DNA of 64,000 nucleotides from Ministeria vibrans ATCC 50519. Taxonomy: Eukaryota; Protista; Filasterea. The translations under genes were made by a program, and so were the position numbers. Below, in pieces: positions 24,979-38,247 of the stretch (position 1 is its first letter; each line of letters opens with the position of its first letter). A model generated the notes under the pieces. It was not told where the DNA came from. It ran no database searches and was given only the letters and a program-made list of their open reading frames with translations. The stretch spans positions 35,813-99,812 of the forward strand of contig CALSCP010001679.1 in the NCBI GenBank assembly GCA_943704425.1, in the 5' to 3' direction.

Positions 24979-27900
24979 TCAATGGTTGATCGTCGAATCA
25001 CCAGTCTCAGTGCGCTCGAGCGCCCACTCAGTGTGCGCCCCGCGCGTTTGACGCTTGACAATCCTGAACTTGGTCAGGTCAAAGCGAGTGACCATGCCAC
25101 GCACCTGATTGAAACGATTCACCACGACCAAGTGACGTAGACCCATGCCACGGAAGAGACGGAAGGCGCGCGACAGGGCCGATCGCTCGCGAAGTGTGTA
25201 CGGCGTCGCGTTGAGGTAGGGCCGTAGGTCAATGACAAAATCAGAGTCGCTTTCGTTAACGTGCACCGATTCAATCTTGGGGTAGCGCGGGTAGTCTGCC
25301 TGGAAATCCTCTAGGGTGAGTCGCTTCGCCTGCACCGTCACCGAGTTGCCTGTGTTTATTGCAACGCCGTGCGCGCGATGGTTCAGCAGTGTGATGAGCT
25401 GTGAGCGCATAATGATGCCGCAAAAGGTGCCGTACGAGTGATCCTGATCAACCCCTTCAAAATCGTGCGAGACGACGGGGAAGGCATGGTGGGAGGAGCG
25501 CAGCAGCGTGCGGTAAACACTTCCCACAGTCTCAAGCTGCTGTAGACACTCGACATGCTTGGCCATGACGTCGCCCACACGAAAGTTTTGCATGTGGAAG
25601 GGTGCCTCCCAGGGCAGTAGTGGAATGCGCGCCAGGTGAATGTGGATGTCGTAGATGCCCTCGTTGAAAAGATCACCAATTACTTTGCTCACAACAATGG
25701 TTAGCATAAGAGGCAAACCGTACGCCACATTTCCTGTCGCCTCCATAATGATGACTGTCAGCGAAATGGTCATGCGCACTATACCCGCCAGCACAGCAGC
25801 AGCACCAATCAGCGCATACTTGCCCGGATCCACCCATGTGTAGTCGGGCAGGAAATAGAACAAAACTTCCCCAAAAAGCCGTCCAAAGGCAGCACCCGTG
25901 AGCAGCGACGGCACAAACAGACCCGAAGGCACACCGATGCCATACGTGACAACCGACAGGCAGAAGTAAATGACAAAAAAAATGGCCAACAAATCCATAT
26001 GATAGTCACCTAAAAATGAATGAGAAACGAAGTAAGTTTTGTTTGCGTGCATGCGTATTTGAAAGAGAGAAATGAAAAGTGACAGTGTGTGCATGTGAGT
26101 TCTCTTACCAGGTTGAGCGTGAAAAAGACTCTTGATGGACTCTTCAGGAGTGTTGAAGAGCAAGGATGCCATTTGGTTGTATTGTTGCTGAGGACAAAAC
26201 AGCAAAAACTGATGGCCCGACGGAGCGTGTCCTATCAAGAAGAGAAAATAAACATAATAATTATTATAATATAATATTATATAAATAATATAATAATTAT
26301 TATTATATTATTATAATTATAATATAATTATATTGATATTGATTGATGTATTATTGTGTGAACTGAGAGACAGTATATGCTGCGCTATAGAACAACTCTG
26401 TGCATGTGTGGTACCTTGAGGGAGACAATCGTTAACGCCGTAGACAAGTGCAAAAGAGATGGTTGCAGTAAAAATAGAAATAGCCAGCACTTCCATTAGT
26501 CGGTAACTCGGTCTATTAAAACAATGTCAACGTGAGAACTCGTGTGACATTGAACAGACAATGCAGTACACAACACACAGAATCACGTTTGTCAACGATT
26601 CTCTCTCTCTCTGGGCCTGCCTCCGCCCCTCTCAATCTCTCTCATTGAGTACTTTGAGAAATGATGTCTGCGTAAAATGGTGAGACGGGTGTTGATCATG
26701 TTGAAAAGTGCACCAATGAGTCCTCCAATGACTCCCATGATCATGAAAATCGGCAGTTCCTCCAAATTGTACGTCGCAAGTGCAAACGATCCGAAATTGA
26801 GCAAACCGGGCGAGGAGAGAGAGCCAAAGCCCGTCAGATAGGTTGAACGCAGGACATTCAGAGTAAACGTGGCAGTCATGCTCGCAAAAAAAATGCGCCA
26901 AGTCAGTGCCTGATTCCAGAAGGAAGCGCCTGAAACAAACCCAACATTCACACACACACAACATAAAAGCAGAGGTGAAAACCATGTCATTTTGAAAATA
27001 GCGGTAGTCTACCTTCTTCAAGGGCAAAAAGAACCCCGCCAATGGGTGCGCCAAAGGCAGCAGATACACCCGCAGCCGCGCCGGCCGAGACAAAGTCGCG
27101 TTTCTCTTGGTCGTTGCGGAAGGCACGAAACCACTTAAGGTCCAGTTTGAACGACGTTGCTTTGCCCTGCGACACTCCTGCAGCCACAACAGCCCCCGAG
27201 TGGATCATTGGACCCTAAGCAAAAAACCCCACAAAAAATGAGTCTGTGTGCACATTCGAAACTATCGAACCTCTTTGCCGACTGCGAGACCACCACTGAC
27301 ACTGAAGAGCACACCGACTGCCTTGGCCAGGAGCGTCTTGATGCGCACCACATGAGGAATTTTAATGCCGTTGAGGTAGCATTTGATCTCGGGAATGCCC
27401 GAACCGGCCGCGAGAGGCTACACACGCAGAGAAAAGAAAAAAAAAAGAAGAAGAAAAAAGAAGAAGAAGAAGAGGGAACAATCAAGAGTGGTTTCGCTTT
27501 GGCTGTTTCAACTCACCTCTACCAACGTGCCAAGAATGCCACCGATTGAGGTGTAGCCGACGTTGATAGCCACCCAAATAAGAAGGGTCTCCCACAGACA
27601 GTCGCCAGCCGTGCACTTGTCCATCGACTTGCCGAGCGCGAGAAACTTGAGGTCAGACAGGTAGCGAATGCACAAATCAATGGCAGTCGCAATGGCGCCT
27701 GTGATGATCCCAACGAGCAGACAGATGAGCCAGCGGGCACCCTCTAGTTTCAGATGGTCCTGCGCACGGAGGGGGAGGAGGGAGGAGCGGTGGTTCGTGG
27801 CGTGTGTAGCGCAGAGGAAATGAGAAAGAGATTTCTGCGAAAAACTTCTCTTTGGTTCGGTTACCTTTTCACTTCGCGTTGCTGCTTCGTCGAGGAATAC

Positions 27901-28220
27901 TTCGCTCTCAAGCACATCGTAGTCAAGGCTCTAAAGAAAGGGGCGAGCAAGAGAGAAGGGACCGATGAGATGAAATAAACGGGACGAGTGACTTTTTTGT
28001 GTCATGAGTGAACCTCAAACGTTTTTCCCGCTGCATTTGGGAGTCTTCGTTGTCTCAGGTTGGCCGAGGCGCCTCGAGTGCCCAAGAGAGGAGCGTGCTG
28101 TATAAGCAAAATAAGAGGGAGAGGGGTAATGTGATGTCGTAAGAGAGAGAGAGATGAGAGACGTCTTGATACCTCGGAGTCTGGCAGGGCGCCGTCAGAC
28201 GAAGAGACGTCGCCTCGCAT
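24979..28220 (-). CDS. CLCN7: CLC chloride/proton antiporter CLC-7, multi-exon
   Basis: [71 protein letters not shown]-terminal CBS domains ([13 protein letters not shown]). Confidence 0.94.
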
Positions 28221-28364
28221 GGAAGAGAGTGAGAATAAGAAACGAGACGAGGGGAAGAAAGAAAAAATTCAAAAAAATATGATAGATCAATTTTCAGATG
28301 AATGAGATAGATCAATAATTAATCTTTAAATTTTTGAAATCTTGAGACATCCGTCATACACCAA

Positions 28365-28998
28365 ATGACAGAGTCGACTGAAAATCAAGTAGATCGACAC
28401 GATCAACACGATCGTGCTCGCTCTTGCGTTGTTGACGTTGTTTCTTCTTGGAATCTCGACGTAACAATCGAAAAGCAATCTCTTCTCCTCATTGCCATTA
28501 GTCACCGATCATTGCTTTCCCCACCCTGCATAGAACAAGTGGAAGTATAATTTGGTTGTGGTGGACGAGGGTGAAACAATCACTCTCGTTCAAGGGTATG
28601 GAATATAAATCATTTTCTCTTACTCACAACTCTGTCACTCACTCCCTCTCGTTATGTCGTTTCTTACCCATCAATTACCTACTCTCTTCACTCTTCAGGC
28701 AATTCTCTATCCCAACACCCACCAAGCCAATCCCACAAGCGACCGCCTACGTTGATTTTCGAGTGGTTGCCCCTGACAACGCAGTGTTTTACACTCTCGA
28801 GGGAAGCCAACATTCGCACAATGCGCAAACACCCTGCCACGAGGACTGGCTACAGGTCAGTACAAATAATTTACTGATCATTCATTCTATTCTCTTTTAA
28901 CACGTTTAATATCGTAGAATGTTATTCGATACAAGGTGCGTGTCGCTTCTTCGAGCGCTGTTCTCAATCCAGACCCAAGAGGGATTCTGAACCACTGA
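28365..28998 (+). CDS. AKAP14: AKAP14/AKAP28-domain ciliary protein, 4 exons
   Basis: Spliced translation ...VVSSWNLDNKWKYNLVVVDEGETITLVQGQFSIPTPTKPIPQATAYVDF...FYTLEGSQHSH...HEDWLQNVIRYK. The SIPTxxxPIPxATAxVxF motif is characteristic of AKAP14. Confidence 0.72.
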
Positions 28999-29241
28999 GG
29001 CTACCTGTGTCTATGTGTGCGACTGCGCGTGTATATATAGTACTTTTCCGCTGGTGTATATATAATAATTATATGTATTTAGAACTTATTTACGTGTATA
29101 CGTGAACGTGTGGCGAAGCATGTCAATAACCTCGATTACGAGTTGGAAAGCTTGTTTCTCATGGGGGATGGGGGGAGTTATATATATATATATATAATTA
29201 TATTAATTTTATTATGATTATTATTTTTATTATTAATTGTT

Positions 29242-30064
29242 TTACACTGCGGAAACGGAGCGCAATCGAATTGACATGTCCTTGGCCGGAAAGCGAGTCA
29301 ACGACGTTTGCGAGCGTGTCAGCATTTTGGGGTCCTTTGCATCGCATTGCGCCACAAAAATCGACACCTGAAGCTCCTCGAGTTGGTCGACAATGCGCAC
29401 AAAGGAAGGACGCATGCGCGGCTGGGAGTGCCAACATTGCTCAATAAGCACGCGAATCGACTCGTACGTCGCATCCTCAAGGTAAAAGTGTGGTCGCTGT
29501 CCGCGCGTCACTGCCTCCTCGACATCCCATGTGTTCTCCAGCTCCTCAAAGGGCAGTCGTCGCTCAAGCAGCTCATATAACACAATACCAAAGGAGTACA
29601 CATCCGCCGGCGCACCATATGTGGCTCCCTTCAATATCTCAGGACTACACAGAGTATCAGCTCCAAAACACACCGGAAATAGTGTTCGAGTTCGTACCTT
29701 TGCCACAACAGTGTCCCCACATAGGTCGTGAGAATCCGGTTGTTATGGCTCAGGCTTGCCTGCGGCACAGCCGCCGTTTCCAGTCCATCGCGCGTCTTCG
29801 GGTTCTGTCGAAGTCGCGACCGACACGACCCCTCTCCACAAATACCGTCTTCTTCCTCCACTGCCTCCAAGTTGCACAGCAGTCGAGCAGTGCCAAAGTC
29901 TACAAAAAGGAAATAGAATAAAAATAACAATAATATAATTATAAGAAAAAAAAATTATTAATAAAGAATCAATAAAATAATATCAATAATAATTAATAAT
30001 AAAATTAAATTTTATTATTATTATTATTATTATTATTTTTAAAAAAAGAAAAAGAAAAATATAC

Positions 30065-30110
<46 letters not shown>

Positions 30111-33100
30111 GTAATAATAATAATACACTCAACAAACTCCGCTGTGAGTTCAGCCGTCTCATATACTACTTACCTGCAACTTTCACAATATGACCGTGAC
30201 CCACCAGCAGATTGCGTGACTTGAGGTCGCGATGCATAATGGGCGGCACAAGGCCATGAAGGAAGCGCATTCCCTTGGCCGCGTCCACGGCAAAGCGTAG
30301 TCGTGTCTCCATGGGAAGCAGGTCTTCACACACAGTTCGCTCCGTCTCATCGCCATAGAGGATCGAGTAGAGCGAACCGTATTCGAGATACTCCGTAACG
30401 AGAAACGGCACTTGATTGGAGGTCACACCACTGCCAAAGAACAAGACCAAATTTGGATGTCGCACACTCCGCAAAAACCGCACTTCACGATCAAACTCTT
30501 GCGACGCCAACGAGTCTGATTCAAGCACAGCGCGTCGCAACATTTTAACCGCTACCACACGCCCACTCCAGTGCGCCTGATACACATCCCCAAATGCCCC
30601 ACTGTCCACCAGCGCTAAATCAGACAGTTCGCTCTCGGGAATGTGCCACACTCGCTCCAGTTCGGCCACATGCGCGCGCGACAAATCAACCTCCTCGTGT
30701 GCGTCGTCCAACAGTCGCTCATACAAAGAGTGCTGAAGAAAAAAAAAATGTAAATAATAATGTCTTGTGAGTGAGTAATTATAATAATATTTTGTGTGTG
30801 CGGTTGTGTGTGTTTGGGTCTGACTTGATAAGTGAGCTTTCGAGATCGGCGCGCCACAAGTGTGATAATCACAATGCAACCCACAAGCAGAAAAAAAGCA
30901 ACAATGCCAATAATGACCCAAGGAGTCTGACAGTGATCACTGGCCAGGTAGCCAAAGGGACAGTCACATAAAATGCCCAATCCCTGACTCAACACGCGAC
31001 ACTGACCGGCGTGACACGCTCCCTCGTCACACACGCTGCAATCGCTCTGGTCCACTGATCCAGTGCTGGGCGTACTCGCGTGCACAGGACACTGCAGACA
31101 CGAATTCATCCCCAAATCGGGCGAGAAGGTCCCAACCTAAGAAATAAGTTGATAATGATCATCGATCGTGATTGAGAGCAAAAGAGGCTTACTTCACAGG
31201 GTAAGCACGGCTCGCTGAAAAAGTTTCTTGACGAAGTGCCCAATTCGCAGGCTGGTGTAAACTCAAGTGTGCCCGCAAATGGTCCGGGGCCGCCAAAGAA
31301 GATACTACATTTGCCGACAAGTCAAATTTAATCCTTATAAACGCACAGAACACACACACACAATATATATATATACAAAACACTTGACTCTTTCTCACAC
31401 ACTTTCGTACAGAGTAACCACTTGAGTGCTCGTCGCATTCACATCAATGGAACGCACTCCCTTGACTGCATACAGTGGCGCAGGTCGATCGGTCGTCACA
31501 AGCTCATACCATTGTTCAGTTATCACATCGAACTGAAAAAAAAAACATAATTATGATTTAATCATTGTTAATTTGAGTATATTACCTGCCACATATCATT
31601 GAAGATTATTCCGTTCGTTCCACGACCACCAAAGACAAATACTTTTGATGGAATTGAAACCATTGCAAAGAATGTTCGGTTTTGCGGTCGATACGATGGA
31701 AAAAGCTACAAAATTCAAAGATGAGGGGGCTTCGACCAATTAACGAATGCAATATACCTCGGTCCAAAGGTGAGTTGCTGCGTCGTATAGCCATCTATAA
31801 ACACGGAAAAATAAAAATAATATCAAAACAAAAAATTCTCACTTGCTCTATCTCTATCTCTTGGTTACTCCTTCTCTATCTTTCTCTTTTTCTCCCTCCT
31901 TTCTCTCTCTATCACTTTGTTTCTTTCTCATCTCTCTATCACTTTGTTTCTTTGTCCTCTCTCTCATTTTGTCGTACAAATCATTGAGAATGAACTCTGC
32001 GGCATCTTCAACGACCTGACCGGCAAAGAGCAGAGCTTGCGTGCCACTGCGCACACTCGCAATTCCATGACCAATGCGATCGCGGGGCGTGTGTGGACAC
32101 AGATACGACGTCCAATGAAGCGTCTGCAGATTCCACTCGTACGTTATGGGCTGACGGTCTTCAATAATAAAGTTGCCACCGCCAAACATGAGCATCAGTG
32201 GCGCGCCCATAGTGCTGGTCAGGAGTGCCCCAACCGCACTCGCGCATACTCCAGGCACATCCCCAGTCGACGTGACACTCTGCCAACCCGTCTCAAACTC
32301 AAACGTCCACGAGTCATTGATAGGACCGGACACGCCAAACCCACCAAACATGTACACTCGGTCGTTCCATGTAGTCCATGCCATGGAACGACGCGCGGGA
32401 GGCACAACGGGAAAAGCCAACTGACGCCATCGCGACTCACTGTCAAGAATCCACGAGTCTACAATGTACACAATAGTTGTGTGTGTGTGTGTGTTTTTTT
32501 TTTTATTTTTTTATGTTTGGTTTGTTGGGAGCGAGAGAGTTTGTGTTGGGAGCGAGAGAGTTTGTGTTGGGTACGATCGTATCTTTTACAATACCTGAGA
32601 GCATATTAAGTGGACCCTGCGTCTGACTGCCACCGAAGGTGAAAAGTCCATTCGAGAGCATGGAAAGCAGGTGAAACTGTCGCTGAGGGGGCTGGGATGG
32701 AGGATCAAGTGACTCCCATTGGTTCACACTCTGAGATGGATGGTACGCCCAAATCTGCGACGTAGGCGAGTAGATGCCGCCAATCTGTTCGCCGCCAAAA
32801 AGAACAATGTACTTGGACGTGCCCAAGGTAGCAAAGTCACGCATATTCAAGGGCATACTCGTGGTGGTGCGCACTGTCCAGGTGTCGGTGGAGGGCGAGT
32901 AGGCGTACGACTCGAGAAGGAGGGTGGAGAACGCGGCGCCAAAGACAAAGAAGTTGCCGTCGTACGCGGCCGAACCTTGCCACGTAAATGTGGTGGGGTC
33001 AACAAAGGGTGCTGTGAGTGACGCAAGCGGGGTCCATGTCACCTGCGATGCATTGAATCGCCACAAGTCGCTGAGTGGAGCGCCAAAGGAGTCGAGGCCG

Positions 33101-33865
33101 CCACCGAGATAGGCAATTCCATCTACCACGGAAGATTGGCCTTCATAGCGTGCAGCAGGCCAGTCCGTGGGCGTCTTATAGAGACGCTCCCAACGATTCA
33201 ACGACGGCTCATACTGCCAGAGATCGTCGAGTACCGCTGACGAGACGGACAGGCCGCCGAACACAAAAAGTTGCGGAGTCGTGACGTTCACAACAAAGGC
33301 CAAGTGGCGTTCCCGTGGGGCGGGTCGAGGCTGAAGCTGAGGGAGCAGAGTGTACGCGACGGTACCGTCGACGTGGTTAGCGTCGAGTCTCCACAGAGTG
33401 TTGAAGAGCGTCGGTCCGCTGTGGTTCGCCGGCTGATTCACGCCGCCAAAGAGAAGCAGACCAGGACCGCCCGGAATGAACGACAGAGTCGCGCCTGACC
33501 TGGCGGTGGGCACGGCCGTCGTCAGCGGCTCGAGATTGAGCCAGAGACCCACCTGCGTGCGCCACATCCACGCTCGACCAAGCGAGCAAGCGCAAGTGTA
33601 GTTGTACCCTCCAAAAATCACCATGTTCGACGCGTTGGTGATGGCTGCCGCCGTAAACCCTCTCGCATACGGCTGGTACGGAAAGGTGGCCGCCGTGTTG
33701 AAGTTGTTAAACACTTTGGTCGCGTCCAGTGGCTGTAGGAGGGCGGAAGGAGAGGCAACGGAGGAGTTGAAGGTGAGTTGAAGGTGAGTTGTCGAAAAAT
33801 TGTCGCACCAGAACCACAAGAATCACAATGATTGCCGCGACCGCGCGGAGAGGCGCGTGTATCAT
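29242..33865 (-). CDS. Single-pass receptor kinase: signal peptide, Kelch/galactose-oxidase-type repeats, Cys-rich (GCC2/GCC3- and EGF-like) region, TM helix, TKL kinase; multi-exon, 3' end approximate
   Basis: MIHAPLRAVAAIIVILVVL signal peptide; repeated FGG...W Kelch units (LLLFGG, LFVFGG, VYMFGG); CLQCPVHAST..DC..C..CDCPFGY; TM WVIIGIVAFFLLVGCIVIITLV; SGAFGDVY, VAVK, HRDLKSRNLLV, DFG, DVYSFG. Confidence 0.88.
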
Positions 33866-34002
33866 GCAGGTGGCACACACACACAAAGTAAAATATTATA
33901 ATTATTAATTATTTTAATTTTAAATAGATTATAGAGTGAGACCTGAACGAATCACGCAAGAAAACAAAAATCAGAGTTCACACAAGTTTGTTTGTTTTAT
34001 AT

Positions 34003-37000
34003 ATGCAAGACAGAGGAGTCCGCGTCGTGGCACGAATTCGACCGTTGCTACAGCCCGAGGTCAGTCGTGGCTCGGTCGAGGCGGTGACCGTTGGAAGCGA
34101 CAAGAGTGTGTCTGTCAAGGTAATATTGATCCTTCATTGATCCAGCGAACGGGCCTGGCGTATGATCTTGGCGCACACCCCCTTGACCAGTGGTTGCGCA
34201 ACGCTCTTGGCACACAATTGCTCGCTTGCAATTGCTCGCTGTGCCAACGCCAATTCATGTCAATTTTCCATCTCTCTCTCATAGGACACCTCTACGACCA
34301 TGTCGTTTATCTTTGACAGAATATTTCCACCCACCACCACACAGCGGTCTATGTTTGAAAGTGTTGCAGCTCCTCTCATCGAAGGTGAAAACACTTTTGG
34401 TTTGTGTTCAAATTTCAATTTTTGCCTTTGATTCAGACGTCTTTAGCGGCTACAACGGGACCATTTTAGCGTACGGTCAGACGTCGAGTGGCAAAACACA
34501 CACGATTGAGGTAACACTCCTTACAGTACTGCTGTGAGCGCAGCGATTGCAAAATTACAATTTTATCATATAATTATGTGACTCTTTGCTTTACTCCGTT
34601 CTCCTCTCCTCTTCTTCTACTCCCTTCTTCCTCCCTTCTCATTCCCCTCCCAGGGCTCCGACAGCTCGGCAGATGGCCGTGGCCTGACACCACGCATTGT
34701 CGACACCATCTTCCGCTACATCAAATCGGCACCGGACGTCCTTGAGTTCACAGTGAAGCTGTCGTACGTCGAAGTGTACCTCGATCACATTCGCGATTTG
34801 CTTGATCCATCCAAGTCAAACCTGGAAGTACATGAGAGCGCCAACAAATCTCGAGGGGTCTATGTCAAGGGTGCAAGTGAAGTCTACGTCGGATCAACTG
34901 CCGAGACTCTCTCGGCTATTGCCATGGGCCGGCGAAATCGTGTTGTCGCTCAGACGAGTATGAAAGACGCACAATTCAAGCGAATTTTTTTTACGCGATT
35001 ATTTGCTTTTTGCACAGAAATGAACGCGGACAGTTCGCGAAGCCACTCAGTCCTCTGGCTGGTGATTACACAAACCAACACGTCATCCATGAGCCAGCGC
35101 ACTGGAAAACTGAGTATTGTCGATCTTGCCGGCTCCGAAAAGGTACTTTACTGAAACTTTACTCCGGTTTTGCTTGTTTGGGTTGATTTGAACATCAATA
35201 ATGAGACACTTTGATTACATGGCTAGATTGGCCGCTCCGGCGCGGAGGGACAGACGTTGAAAGAAGCTCAGCAGATCAACAAGTCACTGTCGGCACTGGG
35301 CAATGTGATCAACGCTCTTACGCGCAAAACGACGGGCGACAAGGCACACATTCCGTACCGCGACAGTAAGCTCACGCGAATGCTACAGGAGTCACTGGGC
35401 GGCAATGCACGCACCACAATTATTATCAACTGCTCACCGGCTGCCGAGGATGCAAAGGAGAGCATTTCATCGTTGCGTTTTGGAACAAGGTACTGCTTGG
35501 CTAGATCAGAGATGTTCTTCCGTATTTTCATATACGTAGAGCTGCTCATGTGACAAACAATGCTGTTGTAAATCGAGAACTGAGTGTTGAGCAGCTGAAG
35601 GAGCAGTTGCGTCGTGCAGAGGCGACATCACGGGTGTACGAGACAATGCTTGGTCGGGCGGTGGAAGAGCTGGAGCGGTGGCGGAGCGGCGAGCAGGTCG
35701 CCGAGGCGGATTGGGCACATTGTCTGGAGATGGGTGTTGATTTGAATTTGATGGGGTTAGAGGTACTTAATGTTGAAGGGGGGCGTCGATCAATGCAGGA
35801 AGATGCGGAGGAGGTGTGTGGTGAAGCAGGTGAGACGTGTGTGGGGACTGCTCCGGCTGAGAAAACTGAAGAGGTATAAATAATTACTTGATTATAGTAA
35901 TACTAATAATAGTAATCATAATAATAATTAAAGGCACTCGTGGCGGTGGAGCGAGCAATAACACTCGAAGGGAAATCAAACTCGCAGGTGCTTGAGCGGG
36001 CGCGTCAGGAGTTTTTGGTGCGCAAGAATCATTTGATGGAGATGGTGGAGGACCGGGATGAGCGCATTCGCGTGTGTACAGAACAGCTAGAGGATTTTGC
36101 TCGGGTGCAAGCGCAGCTGGAGAAGGTGAGATTAGCTGCAGCCCAGGGCTAAGAATTATTATTAATTTTTAAAGTGTGCGGCCTGACTGACATAATCTCC
36201 TAACTTGGTCTTTTATTTGATAGGTGGAACAGGAGAAGACGGAGCTGGAGCTCGAGGTTCAGCGGACTCAGATGCGACTGTCTGAAATGACATTCGCTTC
36301 GGAAGAGCAGGGAACCCACGCGGAGTTTTTGCGCGCGACCAATGCGACACTGTCGGAGCGAGTGCGACGATTTGAAGAAGAGTCAGCGGGAAGCCGAGCA
36401 CATGCGGCGCGGCGGAAAACGTCGAGCCATGGCCGACCCTTGTCAATGAATGTGGCTGCGTCTATGATGATGGAGGAGCAGGAGGATGATGCGGAGGCAC
36501 TGGCGCGCGCTGAGCTGGAAGTGTTGGAGGTGGTGTCGCCGGGGTCACTGTCGCCGCTGAAGGCACGACATTATGCGGGGACCGAGGAACAAGAGCAAGC
36601 GCAGCATGAGCGGCTGTCGCAGCGACTTTCGCGGCGCACTAGTTCGCTGTTGTCGTCCGTGTCGCCTTTGTCGTCGCCAGAGAAAAAGAGGACAGAGTCT
36701 CATCTGCATGACACGGACGGGCCAAGTGTGATGGAGTTGACGGAACGACTAGAAGAGACCGAGATGCGGCTGACGGAGGCGCGAGATGCTATGGAAAAGC
36801 TTGTGCAGGAGCACATTGGAGAACTGACGACGCTGAAACGACGGGTGCAGGAGAAGATGGCGGGTGTGGAGGCATCGCGTGCGGAGATGGAGCGACACTT
36901 AGCAGCACGGATGGCGCGCGTCAGTGAGCTTGAAGGACTGTTAGCGGAGAAGGAGGAGGCGAAGCAAACGACGTCATCGAGTACGGGAAGCGAAGGGAAG

Positions 37001-38125
37001 CGAGTGGCCTATCTCGAGAATATGATGGAGGAGTTGGCGCAGAAGCGATTGGCACTGCGAAAGGAAGTGGAGGAATTACGTTCGCGAAATCGCGAAATGA
37101 GTAGCACAGTGCGCACGCGACAACAGCGCATCGAGTCACTGGAGGAGATGGTGCGACGCACCAACGATCAAATGAGCCTTGAGCGGAAGCAGTAAGAATC
37201 GAGAGTGGGAATAACAATTAATAATAATTATTTAAAAGTGCGCGAATCGATTCATGAGATATAAGGGCTTAGTACTTATCCTTTTCGTGTAATTGTTATA
37301 ATTATTACTATTCTTTTTTCTCTAATTATTACTATAATTATATAGGCACGAAAAAGCGTTGTTCGATGCGTTTGCAAAGCAGTCTAGTATAGGAAAGAAA
37401 TTATTACTAATCATATGACTGAATTCCACGAGTGTGTAGAGATCGGCGATCAGTTTGGAGGACGAATTGCAAAACCCATTCGAGGACAGGGAGGGACACA
37501 GACGGATTTGGGTGCGAGAAGGACTAATGCATTGATGGAGGGACTAGACGGCCATGTGTTCAATGGTAGGATACTTGATTATTTTTATGACGTGTATTGA
37601 TTGAGAAAATTCATAATTAGAGGGAGAAGAAGATGACGAAGAAGTACCGAGGAAGTTTTGGACGTTTATGCAAAGGCGAAATTCAGTGGTAGCGGAGAGT
37701 GTTTCGCGACGGGAGAGTCTGGTGGGAAGTGTTGTAGAAGAAAAGGAGGGAAAAGAGAAGGTGCTAGCTGCAGCTGGGGTGCTTGTGGAGGAAGNNNNNN
37801 GTAGAAGAAAAGGAGGGAAAAGAGAAGGTGCTAGCTGCAGCTGGGGTGCTTGTGGAGGAAGAAGAGTCGGAGGCGGAATTAGAAGAAAAGGAGGGAAAAG
37901 AGAAGGTGCTAGCTGCAGCTGGGGTGCTTGTGGAGGAAGAAGAGTCAGAGGCAGAATTCGAAGACGAAGAAGAAGAGTTGGAAGAAGCTCAGTCGTTAGC
38001 TGTGCCACTGTCTCCCGCAAGTAAGGAAAAGAATGCATTTAGACGGCGGTTAAAATTGGAATAATCAATAATATAATGTTGTTTTAGGCAAGAGAGTCCT
38101 TCCGAGTCTGCCAGTGAAGAAATGA
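34003..38125 (+). CDS. Kinesin-1 heavy chain-like, multi-exon; 3' end approximate
   Basis: [68 protein letters not shown], coiled coil, and the IAKPIRG autoinhibitory tail motif. Confidence 0.9.
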
Positions 38126-38247
38126 AACGATCAAAAATTATACTCTTTCTTACTTGAATGAATAAGAAAAAGAATGTACAAAATTAATGATTCTTATTTT
38201 ATTACGTTTATTCCTCCAATCAATGAAACTGTGCGATTGTAAAGGAA

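Noticed and set aside
30166-30720. Receptor tyrosine kinase call
   Set aside because: The catalytic loop is HRDLKSRN rather than HRDLAARN/HRDLRAAN, so it is classed as TKL.
37733-37950. Repeated segment in the kinesin tail as a biological triplication
   Set aside because: One copy abuts an N gap (37795-37800), so the copy number may be a scaffolding overlap.
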